A stretch of 64,000 nucleotides of DNA from Glycera tridactyla (taxonomy: Eukaryota). The position numbers and the translations under genes are program-made. Location: positions 69,626,001-69,690,000 of the forward strand of contig OZ286466.1 in NCBI GenBank assembly GCA_965644265.1. Reading direction: 5' to 3'. The notes under the pieces are model-generated. The model worked only from the letters and a program-made list of their open reading frames with translations, searched no databases and was not told where the DNA came from. Positions within the stretch are counted from its first letter, which is position 1; every line of letters starts with the position of its first letter. Of this stretch, positions 28,588-39,200 are shown piece after piece.

Positions 28588-31515
28588 ATGGCTTCTATAC
28601 CACCCCTAGAGGATGGAAAAAAGACCCCCGAGATACAGGAAACGTTTTCCGTATCTGAATCGAAAAAGACGACGTCCAAGGAGGAAGGAGATCGTGGGGA
28701 CGCTCCGAGCGACGCCATGGACGCCGACAACGCTGACGCCGAGATGACAGCGTCAGAAAACGTTGGAGACAATCCTAATACTCCAGATGTGAGTATTACA
28801 CATTTTCTCCCACCCGCAAAAATCCCCGACGTGATTTTAACTCGGGAAAATGGTTTTAAATGTGTCATAAACGTTGACAGCCCACGTCGAGATAGAAAGC
28901 ACGACGCGCTATTGTCTCCCCATGACGCGATGGGGACCACGACGCGTTTTGACACTGAGATCAAAGGCGAGACCATTAACGTGTATAAACATATTGTGGC
29001 TAATTTTGATCCGATACAGGAAGGGGTAAACGACAATACCCCTTCAAAGAAAAAGAAGGAGAAGGACACCGAGGTTTTACCGCTTATATACGATGTCCCA
29101 ACTTCATGTGATAAAGGATTGAGGAAGTTTAATCTCCATAAACACTGTTTTGAAAATAAGCCTCGTCAGTCCACTCGAAAACTAACACGCACAGTTCTGA
29201 ACACAAATGTGACAGATGTTGAAAATGCTTCGCAAATGATTCAGACCGAAGATGAACGAAACATCTTGCGTGTAGATGACACGAAATATAACCGAAAAGT
29301 CTCCTTTCGAAATGAAGACTCTGTAAAGATTTGTGTGTCCACGGACACAGTCAAACCGCTTACATATTCGGTAAACTGTAGTTTTGACGTTTCACATAGG
29401 AGGAGGGAGTCTAACAAGAGTGCCACGCAGGCACCAGGCCCCCAACGTGCCTCGGGCACATACGAACAGAGTCTTTTGATTTCAGATCAAATAGCTTCAG
29501 ACCGTGAATTGGCACTACAAATGCAATGGCCTGAACCTACAGATAGCAATGTGGGCCTATGGGACAATGTGATTAGCACACCCAAACCACAAAGAATCGT
29601 GAGAGTACATCAGCATAACAAAGACCCCACAACTGATAGTACTAAATCTCCAATGTCTGTTGAGTACGTTAGCGAAGGAACCCAAGCCCAGGGTTCGAAC
29701 CCAGATGTCGTACCCTCTGATCAGACATCCAAATTGGAGGACTCACCCCTGCAGAGACCCACAATTGGGAAAGGGGGAAAGTCACGTCCAAAAACAGTCA
29801 AAGGCCAGAATAGCATCAGATTGTTTCTGAAGCCAAAACCTCAAAAATTGCATGAAAAAGGAACAGAATCCATGTGTAGTGTGAATAGTGAGGCAACCCT
29901 GGTGAATCATGCAAGCTCATTTTCTGCTAGGGTTCAGAATCTGCCTTTTGATCCTCAGAACTTTGATTCAAATTCCACCATCACAGACAGGATATTGAAC
30001 TCATCAAACAGGAATATGTCTGAATTCCTCGACACACTTGATGAATTTGATCTGCCTATGAACCAACGAAGCAGTATGTCACTGAATGACCTACATACGG
30101 ATTCGATAGTGGAAATTTCAGATCCCAGCAAATCAAAATCCAGTCCAAATGTCAAAGTGAATGTGGATTTGGACCAATCGGCCACTTTGAAAATCTTGGA
30201 ATCTTTGGAAATGGACCAAGAGATGAGTCAAAGTGACCCACCTCTCTGTAGGAGTGAGAAACAAAGGAAGAGAAAGAGAATCAAATTCTCTACTCAACCT
30301 GAAAGAATCCCTAGCACAGAGAGTGAAAATTCGTCTTCAGATTTTATTGGTAAAAAATCCACCTCCGAATCAGGGCCCAGCGATGTCCCACCTGCACTGA
30401 AAACCAATGAAATGTTATCTAATGGTTGTGTTACTTTGCAGGAGGAGAGACAGATCGAGGACGGAGAAGTGGATGGAGATGAGGACGATGGACCCGAGGT
30501 CAACATGGAGGCTGAATATGAGAGAATTCTGGAGAAACACATTACAGTCCCGTACGAGGCCTCGGATTCGTTCCGAAGAGCACGCAGCTCGTGGATCTCA
30601 GAAGCGAAATCCATGGCTCGAGGTGCACATCTTAAAGCAATGGCATCTGCTGACAGGATTCCCAGGTGGGCTCTAGGACTGCAAGAAGCGCCCGCCTATT
30701 TTCCTGCAAATAAGGACATCCATGTATCATTCAATGACTTAGTTAGAGAACAGGCAAAAGAACGCATGGTGTTCTTTGGTGAAGCTTTAGAAACCAAAGC
30801 CCATTTCTATGGTAACATTGGTGATGCCAACTGTGAGGCCATGCGCATGTTATATGGTCCCACCCGCAAAGAGGACTTCAAGGAGGCCCGTCTCCTCCTG
30901 AAGGCAATTGCGATGAAAGATAAGGTAGCAACACGCAAAGGACTTGGTGAGATTGAGGTTGAGATAGGATCAAATCCAGTGCCCATGGACTCGATAGTAG
31001 AGACACTTCTGGCACCACAAAATCTAATCAACCGCAATGACCCAGTACCTATCACTTTCCAACCGCGAGAAGGAAAGAAAAATCGGAAGAGTGAAAATCA
31101 GTCCGAAGCGAGTACATCCACTGGTGGCTATACTGAGACGCCCCTCAATACTGAGGCCGACGCCCAAACAGGACGCGGGAGAGGTAGACGCTTCTCTCCA
31201 AAACGCCGCCAGGGCTCCCCTAATAGATGGCAGCAGCAACGCCAGAATGGCCAATCTGGTGGCCAACGGAGACGCAGTCGTTCACCTGTATCACCACGTG
31301 GAACAGCTTCGTCTCAGGATTTTCGCTCTGGGGCAACGGAACGGAAGAGCAACACGGGACACAACGGAAGATCCGAGTATCGCCCCAGAGGTGGACGTCA
31401 GTACCAAAACCAACGTCCACGCTACGAGAACAATGGCCTACGTCAGGCCATGGAGAAAATCATGATGGAGATGGCAAAAGATGTTACAAAGCCATCAAAG
31501 GGACAGAGGTTTTAA
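28588..31515 (+). CDS. PLE ORF1 copy
   Basis: Intact; matches the consensus protein. Confidence 0.82.
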   Translation: MASIPPLEDGKKTPEIQETFSVSESKKTTSKEEGDRGDAPSDAMDADNADAEMTASENVGDNPNTPDVSITHFLPPAKIPDVILTRENGFKCVINVDSPRRDRKHDALLSPHDAMGTTTRFDTEIKGETINVYKHIVANFDPIQEGVNDNTPSKKKKEKDTEVLPLIYDVPTSCDKGLRKFNLHKHCFENKPRQSTRKLTRTVLNTNVTDVENASQMIQTEDERNILRVDDTKYNRKVSFRNEDSVKICVSTDTVKPLTYSVNCSFDVSHRRRESNKSATQAPGPQRASGTYEQSLLISDQIASDRELALQMQWPEPTDSNVGLWDNVISTPKPQRIVRVHQHNKDPTTDSTKSPMSVEYVSEGTQAQGSNPDVVPSDQTSKLEDSPLQRPTIGKGGKSRPKTVKGQNSIRLFLKPKPQKLHEKGTESMCSVNSEATLVNHASSFSARVQNLPFDPQNFDSNSTITDRILNSSNRNMSEFLDTLDEFDLPMNQRSSMSLNDLHTDSIVEISDPSKSKSSPNVKVNVDLDQSATLKILESLEMDQEMSQSDPPLCRSEKQRKRKRIKFSTQPERIPSTESENSSSDFIGKKSTSESGPSDVPPALKTNEMLSNGCVTLQEERQIEDGEVDGDEDDGPEVNMEAEYERILEKHITVPYEASDSFRRARSSWISEAKSMARGAHLKAMASADRIPRWALGLQEAPAYFPANKDIHVSFNDLVREQAKERMVFFGEALETKAHFYGNIGDANCEAMRMLYGPTRKEDFKEARLLLKAIAMKDKVATRKGLGEIEVEIGSNPVPMDSIVETLLAPQNLINRNDPVPITFQPREGKKNRKSENQSEASTSTGGYTETPLNTEADAQTGRGRGRRFSPKRRQGSPNRWQQQRQNGQSGGQRRRSRSPVSPRGTASSQDFRSGATERKSNTGHNGRSEYRPRGGRQYQNQRPRYENNGLRQAMEKIMMEMAKDVTKPSKGQRF

Positions 31516-34223
31516 ATATAGCATCAACAAACGGACTCACCAGCAATGACGTGATTTGTGGAGTGAGGGAGATGGAGGAGAGCTGCACGAAGGTGCAGGT
31601 GTTTCAAAATAAAAATCTGAATAATAATGTCAAAAAGTACACATTTCTCGTTGGTCTTGACTTTCAGCAAGCATCCAGTACATTTTCTAGCACTTGTCCT
31701 ACTGATTTGCAGACTTGTGCTGATGAAATTGTGAAAATCGCCCTGTCAGAGGATACAGGGATTATGAACTTGTCAAACTTCTCTTTACAGGAAGAACATG
31801 TGTCAATTTTGAGTAAAGGCCTTACCTTTTGCCCTACACCGGGGGAACCGGAAATGGGTGAAATTTGCAACGATTTAGAGAAATACCATCGTAGATTACG
31901 ATGTTATGCTCATTTCAACGACGATGCCACTGACATACAGTCATTGACATCAAAACTCAAACCCACTAAAAAGAAAAGTGCCCCAGAGTCGCTCTCTGGT
32001 ACACCTTTCTCACAGGTAGATACGACTTCCCTCAAGGGTTCTTCAAAGGTCATTTTTGATGGAAATACCAGTCCTTTTGAAGATCGAGAGTTTTTACTGC
32101 CCTCTACTTTTGAGCCAAAACAGAATCCTAGAAGTCTTAATACATTCAGCGACATGAATGAACTTCATCTGTCAAAAGTCATTTTCAAGGAAAATCGCCC
32201 AGAAAATGTTACTAGAGCAGAGAGGGCTGGCCTTAAGACACTCAGTAGAAATCCCGAGATAGTGTTGAAAAAGGCAGATAAAGGGTCATCAATTGTCATT
32301 CTGAATAGAGATGACTACATCAAGGAAGGCCTTTCACAATTGGAAAATCCAAATTTCTATAAGAAAATGGATGAGAACTTGACAATGAAACATCATGCGG
32401 AGATTGGGGAGTTTCTTCACAAAATGAAATGGGCAGGTGAAATTACTGATAAGACTGAGAAATACTTGTGGCAGGCAAACCCGAGGACTCCTGAGTTTTA
32501 CATGTTGCCCAAAATCCACAAAAAAACTAGACCCCCACCAGGTAGACCAATCATATCCGCCAATGATTGCCCTACCGAGAAAATATCCAAATTTGTGGAT
32601 TTTTTCATTAAACCACTCCTCCCAGAAGTGAAATCATACCTAAGGGACACTACTGATTTCATCTGTCTTCTGGAAGACACTGGCATCCTACCGAAAAACA
32701 GTATCCTTTTCACCATGGATGTTACCAGTCTATATACAAACATACCGCATGAAGCCGGGATGGAGAGTGTTCGGAAAATCCTAGAGAAAAATAGAGCATC
32801 ATATGCCATCCCGAGAACTGAATCACTCATGAAACTACTTGAATTTGTATTGAAAATGAATAACTTTCAATTCAATGGTGTAGATTACCTCCAAATTGGA
32901 GGCACGGCTATGGGCACGAGGGTGGCCCCCAGCCTAGCTAATTTTTTCATGGGTGATTTTGAGGAGAGATTTGTGTACACCTATGCCAAGCAACCACTCA
33001 TCTGGAAACGCTACCTAGATGACATTTTTGGAGTTTGGACCCATGGCAAGGAAGAGTTGGACAAGTTTGTAGAATACCTGAATTCTTGCCTTGATACCAT
33101 AAAATTCACTGCAGAAATCTCGGAGGACCATGTGGTCTTCCTGGACACGACGGTCCACAAAGACAGTGAAGACAGACTATGGACGACTGTATACTGTAAA
33201 CCTACAGATAGCCATAGCTACCTCCATTTCAAATCAGCACATCCGATGCATATGAAAAAGAGTCTACCTTTCAGTCAATTCTTGAGAGTGAAGCGTATTT
33301 GCTCCAAAAATACTGATTTTATCAACGAGAGCGCCAAAATTATGGGACATTTTCTTAGAAGAGGATATCCCACAGAAATTGTTTTTGAAAGCTGGTACCG
33401 TGCAGACAAGGTCCAGAGAACAGAAGCCCTGAAGCCAGTTGGGAAAACTTCCAGTCAGGCCGATCAAACCAATCTCACTTTGGCTGAAACGGTCCCAAAT
33501 GAGGATAGGTTTTTTTTGATCACCACTTACAATCCCCGTAATAATCAAATTCGGGGGATAGTGGAGAAAAATATGGAGATTTTATCTAGATCGTCGGCCA
33601 CTAAAGATCTAGCAAGCATTGAGACTATTTTCGGTTTTCGGAGACCACAGAACTTGAGGGACATCCTGGTCAAGGCTAAACTTAAGCCTATCCAGGGAGA
33701 CACCTCAGATAAAAAACCATGGAGTGAGACCAGGAATCTATGCAAAAATCCGAAGTGTAATCACTGCCCTGTACTTAATAAATCTGGAAAGATCAGAAGT
33801 CAGGTCACAAAGGTCAACTACACTTGCAAGAAAAATATCACTTGCAAAAGTTCCAACCTCATCTATTGCATCCAATGCAGGCGATGTGGGAGGCAATATG
33901 TGGGCCAAACACGAACAACAATCATGAAAAGACTCCAGGGGCATTTTGATAGGATCAAACGCAAAGTCTTGAGTGATGACATTGGACGACACTTTAACTC
34001 TGATGACCACTTAGGCAGGGATGACCTTGAGTTGTTTGTATTGGATTTTGTGTATACAGACCCCATGGCCGAGTATGCAGAGAATCTGCGTCTTCTGATT
34101 GAGAAAAACTGGATACAGCGTTTGAGAACACAGCGACCTGATGGACTCAACACGATGTTAAAAACCAGAGACTACGGTAAAAGTAGAAACTGGAGATTCT
34201 ACAAAAAAGGCAGATCAGGGTAG
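31227..34223 (+). CDS. PLE ORF2: RT + GIY-YIG endonuclease
   Basis: Intact; private C>W change in KPCSET (33722). Confidence 0.95.
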   Translation: MAAATPEWPIWWPTETQSFTCITTWNSFVSGFSLWGNGTEEQHGTQRKIRVSPQRWTSVPKPTSTLREQWPTSGHGENHDGDGKRCYKAIKGTEVLNIASTNGLTSNDVICGVREMEESCTKVQVFQNKNLNNNVKKYTFLVGLDFQQASSTFSSTCPTDLQTCADEIVKIALSEDTGIMNLSNFSLQEEHVSILSKGLTFCPTPGEPEMGEICNDLEKYHRRLRCYAHFNDDATDIQSLTSKLKPTKKKSAPESLSGTPFSQVDTTSLKGSSKVIFDGNTSPFEDREFLLPSTFEPKQNPRSLNTFSDMNELHLSKVIFKENRPENVTRAERAGLKTLSRNPEIVLKKADKGSSIVILNRDDYIKEGLSQLENPNFYKKMDENLTMKHHAEIGEFLHKMKWAGEITDKTEKYLWQANPRTPEFYMLPKIHKKTRPPPGRPIISANDCPTEKISKFVDFFIKPLLPEVKSYLRDTTDFICLLEDTGILPKNSILFTMDVTSLYTNIPHEAGMESVRKILEKNRASYAIPRTESLMKLLEFVLKMNNFQFNGVDYLQIGGTAMGTRVAPSLANFFMGDFEERFVYTYAKQPLIWKRYLDDIFGVWTHGKEELDKFVEYLNSCLDTIKFTAEISEDHVVFLDTTVHKDSEDRLWTTVYCKPTDSHSYLHFKSAHPMHMKKSLPFSQFLRVKRICSKNTDFINESAKIMGHFLRRGYPTEIVFESWYRADKVQRTEALKPVGKTSSQADQTNLTLAETVPNEDRFFLITTYNPRNNQIRGIVEKNMEILSRSSATKDLASIETIFGFRRPQNLRDILVKAKLKPIQGDTSDKKPWSETRNLCKNPKCNHCPVLNKSGKIRSQVTKVNYTCKKNITCKSSNLIYCIQCRRCGRQYVGQTRTTIMKRLQGHFDRIKRKVLSDDIGRHFNSDDHLGRDDLELFVLDFVYTDPMAEYAENLRLLIEKNWIQRLRTQRPDGLNTMLKTRDYGKSRNWRFYKKGRSG

Positions 34224-34835
34224 AAGATCATAATTCCGTGCCTGTTGCAACAGAATTTTGTCAACCAGGCAGATATGTATATTTTTTTCAGAATCACGGG
34301 ACATTTGATGTCGTGCCCCGATCAACTCCTGGTTTTACCCACGATCATAGCCGAGATATAAATCTTTGATTCTGTGTCCCTACCCTGGGATTACCCAGGC
34401 TGACCTTGATCAGGGGTCAAAGGTCAACCTTTGAGGCAACACTCAAATGTACTCTCCGCCTCGTCACTACATATTAATCTTCTTTCTGAGTGTTTTGAGT
34501 GTATACCTCCTTAAAGCCATCCGACCATGACGCTTATTGGGCCTCTCTGTGTAAGAGAACGCATCCGAAACCATGAACAGGCTGTCCCTGTACATGGAGT
34601 TGCCATTTATTTCAAGGTGAACAATACAGAGTGATTGATCTAAAATCCTTGAGGGAGAGAAAGTATTCAATCCCCCCCTTTACAATCTGATTAGGCCAAT
34701 CAGACCCATACTGTGACATGCTCTCTCTGACTGTGTCATAGACCTTAGTTAGGTCACCACATAAAGGGGTTTGGGGCCACCAAGTCATTTTGGTTGCCCC
34801 CAAATTTTTCTTTGACCGTGGCATTCACGTTTTAG

Positions 34836-35153
34836 TCAGTGTCTGATGAGGAGTGTCGTCTCCGAAACCGAAGGGATGGTTCGCTAAAATGGTTCCATTT
34901 TAGCCAAATAGGGGTGTAGAATATATCTGATTTGCCTCAGATAGATTTTACTGTAGTACCCCCAAATAAGCATTGATCCTTTTTAAGGACAATACTTGTT
35001 TGTAGACATCGACGCGCATACCCTTATTTGGCAGATCAAAACAAGGTCGCCAAGGGCAGCGTCTTTTGCTAGGCAACAAAGTAGGATGCGTCATAGGCCT
35101 TTATAAGCGCCACGCTTTGAACCGACGGTTCAAACCAGCTTCGGTCACACTGA
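34836..35153 (+). ncRNA. Split hammerhead ribozyme, terminal copy
   Basis: Same sequence; predicted cleavage after C35146, 42 nt before the element end. Confidence 0.88.
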
Positions 35154-35183
35154 AAGAAGGAGGGATCCGTGCCTCGTCTACTT

Positions 35184-35206
35184 TATATATATATATATAT
35201 ATATAT
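35184..35206. repeat. (TA)n microsatellite, apparent PLE target site
   Basis: The element's internal TATAT merges into (TA)n; a second (TA)n lies at 35357-35373. Confidence 0.9.
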
Positions 35207-35589
35207 GTTGAATGGCCTTAGAAAACACGTCAAATGTGATAAAATTCATTCGTTAAATTGGCTTCCACATGGTTCTGAGACCAGCGCAGATGCTCGAAAA
35301 GGTCTCAGGACGATTCACCACCTGTGCCAATTCACCACTGGTTTTTCTGGACACAGTATATATATATATATATCATGCTTACAGATGCTTAGAAACGAAT
35401 TAAGACCCTCACCAATCCTGTCAAAAATGATAATCTGAGAGAATATATCACTGAAGGTTGTCATCTTTCATCCTGATTCTGAAAAACAACTTCCCCTCAA
35501 TGTCATCCAGGATATACATTGTATGGATTTTACTTCCATTTTCAAATCAGATCTAGATATTTGGTTAAAAACTATCAAATGTTATAAGC

Positions 35590-35655
35590 TGTCAGCGTGG
35601 CCTAATTGGTTAGACGCTGGTCATGTGATTCACAAATTCATGGTTCAAATCTGGT
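35590..35655 (+). mobile_element. Degenerate tRNA-derived (SINE-head-like) sequence
   Basis: Pol III A-box-like TGGCCTAATTGG (35598-609) and B-box-like GGTTCAAATC (35642-51); no complete cloverleaf. Confidence 0.45.
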
Positions 35656-35959
35656 AAGAAATAGACAACTTTTCATTCTGAAGAATCTTGATTTTATCTA
35701 TGATTCATCATTTTGCCACCTAAAATGTTGATAAGTGATGTAGAAAACATTCCTGTTGAAAACATGAATGCCAGCAACTTTGCACTGTAGATATGTATAC
35801 TGGTTATGGTGAGCCTGCAAAAAGGAGCATAAATCAGTTTATTGTCAATTATCATAGTCCATAACCCGGGTGGTGAATCGTCCAGGAAAACCGGCGGTGA
35901 ATTTGTGCGGGCAGTGAATCATCCATAGATCCTCGAAAATCGTCTTCTGCGCACATTGT

Positions 35960-36090
35960 TGACATCTCGCGACAAGAGCCCCATGAAAGCAGGTTGCTGA
36001 TTGGGGGATTTCACTGCGATTCGGCCAATCAGGAATCCCGACAAATATTTGTTGGTTCTTTCTCACCTCCGGCATTAAAGATGGCGATTG
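35960..36090 (+). promoter_or_regulatory. CpG-rich promoter-like cluster
   Basis: TCTCGCGACA (35965-74, 9/10 match to TCTCGCGAGA), inverted CCAAT boxes CTGATTGG (35997) and CCAATCAG (36025), and YY1-like AAGATGGCG (36078-86) overlapping an ATG. Confidence 0.4.
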
Positions 36091-36279
36091 AACCTGCCAA
36101 ACTTACAAAACTTGCTAGCGAATTTGACAAATATACTTTGTTTTTGCAACTTTCAGACGCAATCCAACAGAAATATGGCCAAAAGAGCCCAAAAAAGACG
36201 TGTAACTTTGAAATCTACCCGCCCGACGGCCATTTCGTCGAGCCCGGGACGTTCGGAAGGCAATCTCTTCGTGCCCTGG

Positions 36280-39200
36280 AGCCACGTCAGGGTTTGAGGT
36301 TAGCCACATCAGGTTTTGAGGTTAGCAACATCAGGATTTGAGGTGAGCCACATCAGGATTTGGTGTTAGCCACATCAGGGTTTGAGGTTAGCCACATGAG
36401 GGTATGAGGTTAGCCACATGATGGTATGAGGTTAGCCGCATCAGGGTTTGATGTTAGTCACATCAGGGTATGGGGTAAGCAACATCAGGTTTGAGGTATG
36501 CCACACCAGGGTTTGTGGTTAGCCGCATCAGGGTTTAAGGTAAGCCACATCAGGGTTTGGTGTTAGCCACATCAGGGTAAGCCACATCAGGGTTTGAGGT
36601 TACCAACATCAGGGTTTGAGGTAAGCCGCATCAGTGTATGAGGTTAGCCCATCAGGGTTTGAGGTAAGCCGCATCAGGATTTGGTGTTAGCCACATCAGG
36701 GTATGAGATAAGCCACATCAGGGTTTGAGGTTAGCCACATCAGATAGTGAGGTAAGCCGCATCAGGGTATGAGGTTAGCCACGTCAGGGTTTGAGGTGAG
36801 CTGCATCAGGGTTTGAGGTAAGCCACATCAGGGTATGAGGTAAGCCACATCAGGGTATGAGGTCAGCCACATCGGGGTAGAAGGTTAGCCACGTCGGCTT
36901 TGAGGTAAGCCACATCAGGGTATGAGTTAGCCACATCAGGGTATGAGGTTAGCTGCATCTGGGTTTGAGGTTAGCCACATCAGGGTTTGGTGTTAGCCAC
37001 ATCAGGGTTTGAGGTTGGCCACATCAGGGTTTGAGGTAAGCCACATCAGGGTATGAGGTAAGCCTCATCAGGGTATGAGGTCGGCATCAGGGTTTGGTGT
37101 TCGCCACATCAGGGTTTGAGGTAAGCCGCATCAGAGTATGAGGTCAGCATCAGGGTTTGGTATTAGCCACACCGGGGTTCGAGGTTAGCCACATGAGGGT
37201 TAAGGTTGGCCACATGAGGGTATGAGGTTAGCCACATCAGGGTTTGGAGTTAGCCACATCAGGGTATAAGGTAAGCCACATCAGGTTTGAGCTTAGCCAC
37301 ATCAGGTTTGAGGTAAGCCACATCAGGGTTTGAGGTTAGCCGCATCAGTGTTTGAAGTAAGCCACATCAGGGTTTGAGGTTAGCCACATCAGTGTATGGG
37401 GTTAGCTGCATCCTGGTTTGAGGTTAGCCACATCAGGGTATGAGGTAAGCCGCATCAGGGTATGAGGTCAGCATCAGGGTTTTGTGTTAGCCACATCAGG
37501 GTTTGAGGTAAGCCACATCACAGTTTGAGGTGAGCTGCATCAGAGTATGAGGTCAGCATCAGGGTTTGGTGTTAGTCACATCAGGGTATGGTGTTAGCCA
37601 CATCAGGGTTTGAGGTAAGCCACATCAGGGTTTGAGGTAAGCCACATTGGGGTTTGAGGTTAGCATCAGGGTTTGGTGTTAGTCACATCAGGGTTTGGTG
37701 TTAGCCACATCAGGGTTTGGTGTTAGTCACATCAGGATATGAGGTAAGCCACATCAAGGTTCGAGGTTAGCCACATCAGGGTTTGAGGTGAGCCACATCA
37801 GAGAATGAGGTTATCCACATTCAGGTTTGGGGTAAGCTGCATCACGGTTTGAGGTAAGCCACATCAGGGTATAAGGTAAGCCACATCAGGGTATGAGGTT
37901 GGCCAAATCAGGGTTTGGTGTTAGCCATATCAGGGTTTGGTGTTAGCCACATCAGGGTTTGGTGTTAGCCACATCAGGGTTTGAAGTAAGCCACATCAGA
38001 GTTTGAGGTAGGCCGCATCAGGGTATGAGGTAAGCCGCATCAGGGTATGAGGTCAGCATCAGGGTTCGGTGTTAGCCACATCAGGGTTTGAGGTAAGCCA
38101 CATCAGGGTATGAGGTTAGCCACATCAGGGTTCGAGGTAAGCCGCATCAGGGTTGGGGGTTAGCATCAGGGTTTGGTGTCAGTCACATTAGGGTTTGGTG
38201 TTAGCCACATCAAGGTTTGCTGTTAGCCACTTCAGGGTTTGAGGTGAGCCATATCAGGGTTTGGTGTTCACCACATCAGGGTATGAGGTAAGCCACATCA
38301 GGGTTTGAGGTTAGCCACATCAGGGTTGGGGGTTAGCATCAGGGTTTGGTGTCAGTCACATCAGGGTTTGGTGTTAGCCACATCAAGGTTTGCTGTTAGC
38401 CACTTCAGGGTTTGAGGTGAGCCATATCAAGGTTTGGTGTTCACCACATCAGGATATGAGGTAAGCCACATCAGGGTTTGAGGTTAGCCACATCAGGGTT
38501 CGAGGTAAGCCACATCAGGGTCCGAGGTTAGCTGCATCAGGGTATGAGGTAAGCCACATCAGGGTTAGAGATTACCCGCATCAAGGTATGAGGTAAGCCA
38601 CATCAGGGTTTGAGGTTAGCCACATCAGGGTTTGAGGTAAGCCGCATCAGGGTTGGGGGTTAGCATCAGGGTTTGGTGTTAGTCACATCAGGGTTTGAGA
38701 TGAGCCACATCAGGGTTTGAGGTTAGCATCAGGGTTTGGTGTTAGTCACATCAGGGTTTGGTGTTAGCCACATCAGGGTTTGGTGTTAGCCACATCAGGA
38801 TATGGGGTAGGCAACATCAGGGTTTGAGGTTAGCCACATCAGGGTTTGAGGTAAGCCACATCAGGGAATAAGGTTATCCACATTCAGGTTTGGGGTAAGT
38901 TGCATCACGGTTTGAGGTAAGCCACATCAGGGTATAAGGTAAGCCACATCAGGGTATGAGGTTGGCCACATCAGGGTTTGGTGTTAGCCACATCAGGGTT
39001 TGGTGTTAGCCACATCAGGGTTTGGTGTTAGCCACATCAGGGTTTGAAGTAAGCCACATCAGAGTTTGAGGTAGGCCGCATCAGGGTTTGAGGTTAGCAT
39101 CAGGGTTTGGTGTTAGCCACATCAGGGTATGAGGTAAGCCACATCAGGTTATGAGGTAAGCAGCATCAGGGTATGAGGTAAGCCACATCGGTGTTTGATG

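Larger units (their letters stand above)
8988..35188 (+). mobile_element. Head-to-tail concatemer (~3.95 x 6629 bp) of a two-ORF Penelope-like element (Neptune type)
   Basis: ORF2 starts recur at 11340/17969/24598/31227 and ORF1 at 15282/21911/28540, an exact 6629-bp period. Unit homology starts at 8988 (inside ORF1) and ends at ...CTACTTTATAT 35188, where (TA)n begins. Confidence 0.95.

Noticed and set aside
82-34824. Dozens of 60-170-aa ORFs that recur in every unit, on both strands
   Set aside because: Shadow frames of ORF1/ORF2 or chance ORFs in the spacer. They recur only because the units are identical, and show no recognisable motifs.
8988-35188. LTR retrotransposon, DIRS or endogenous virus interpretation of the two-ORF unit
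   Set aside because: No protease, RNase H, integrase, tyrosine recombinase, PBS or LTR pair. The RT motifs and C-terminal GIY-YIG are PLE-type.
35275-35310. Second hammerhead (CTGAGA...CGAAAAGGTC)
   Set aside because: The core lacks N7 (CUGAGA, not CUGANGA), and stems I and III do not form.
35590-35660. Functional tRNA gene
   Set aside because: Only degenerate A/B boxes; the acceptor and anticodon stems do not close.
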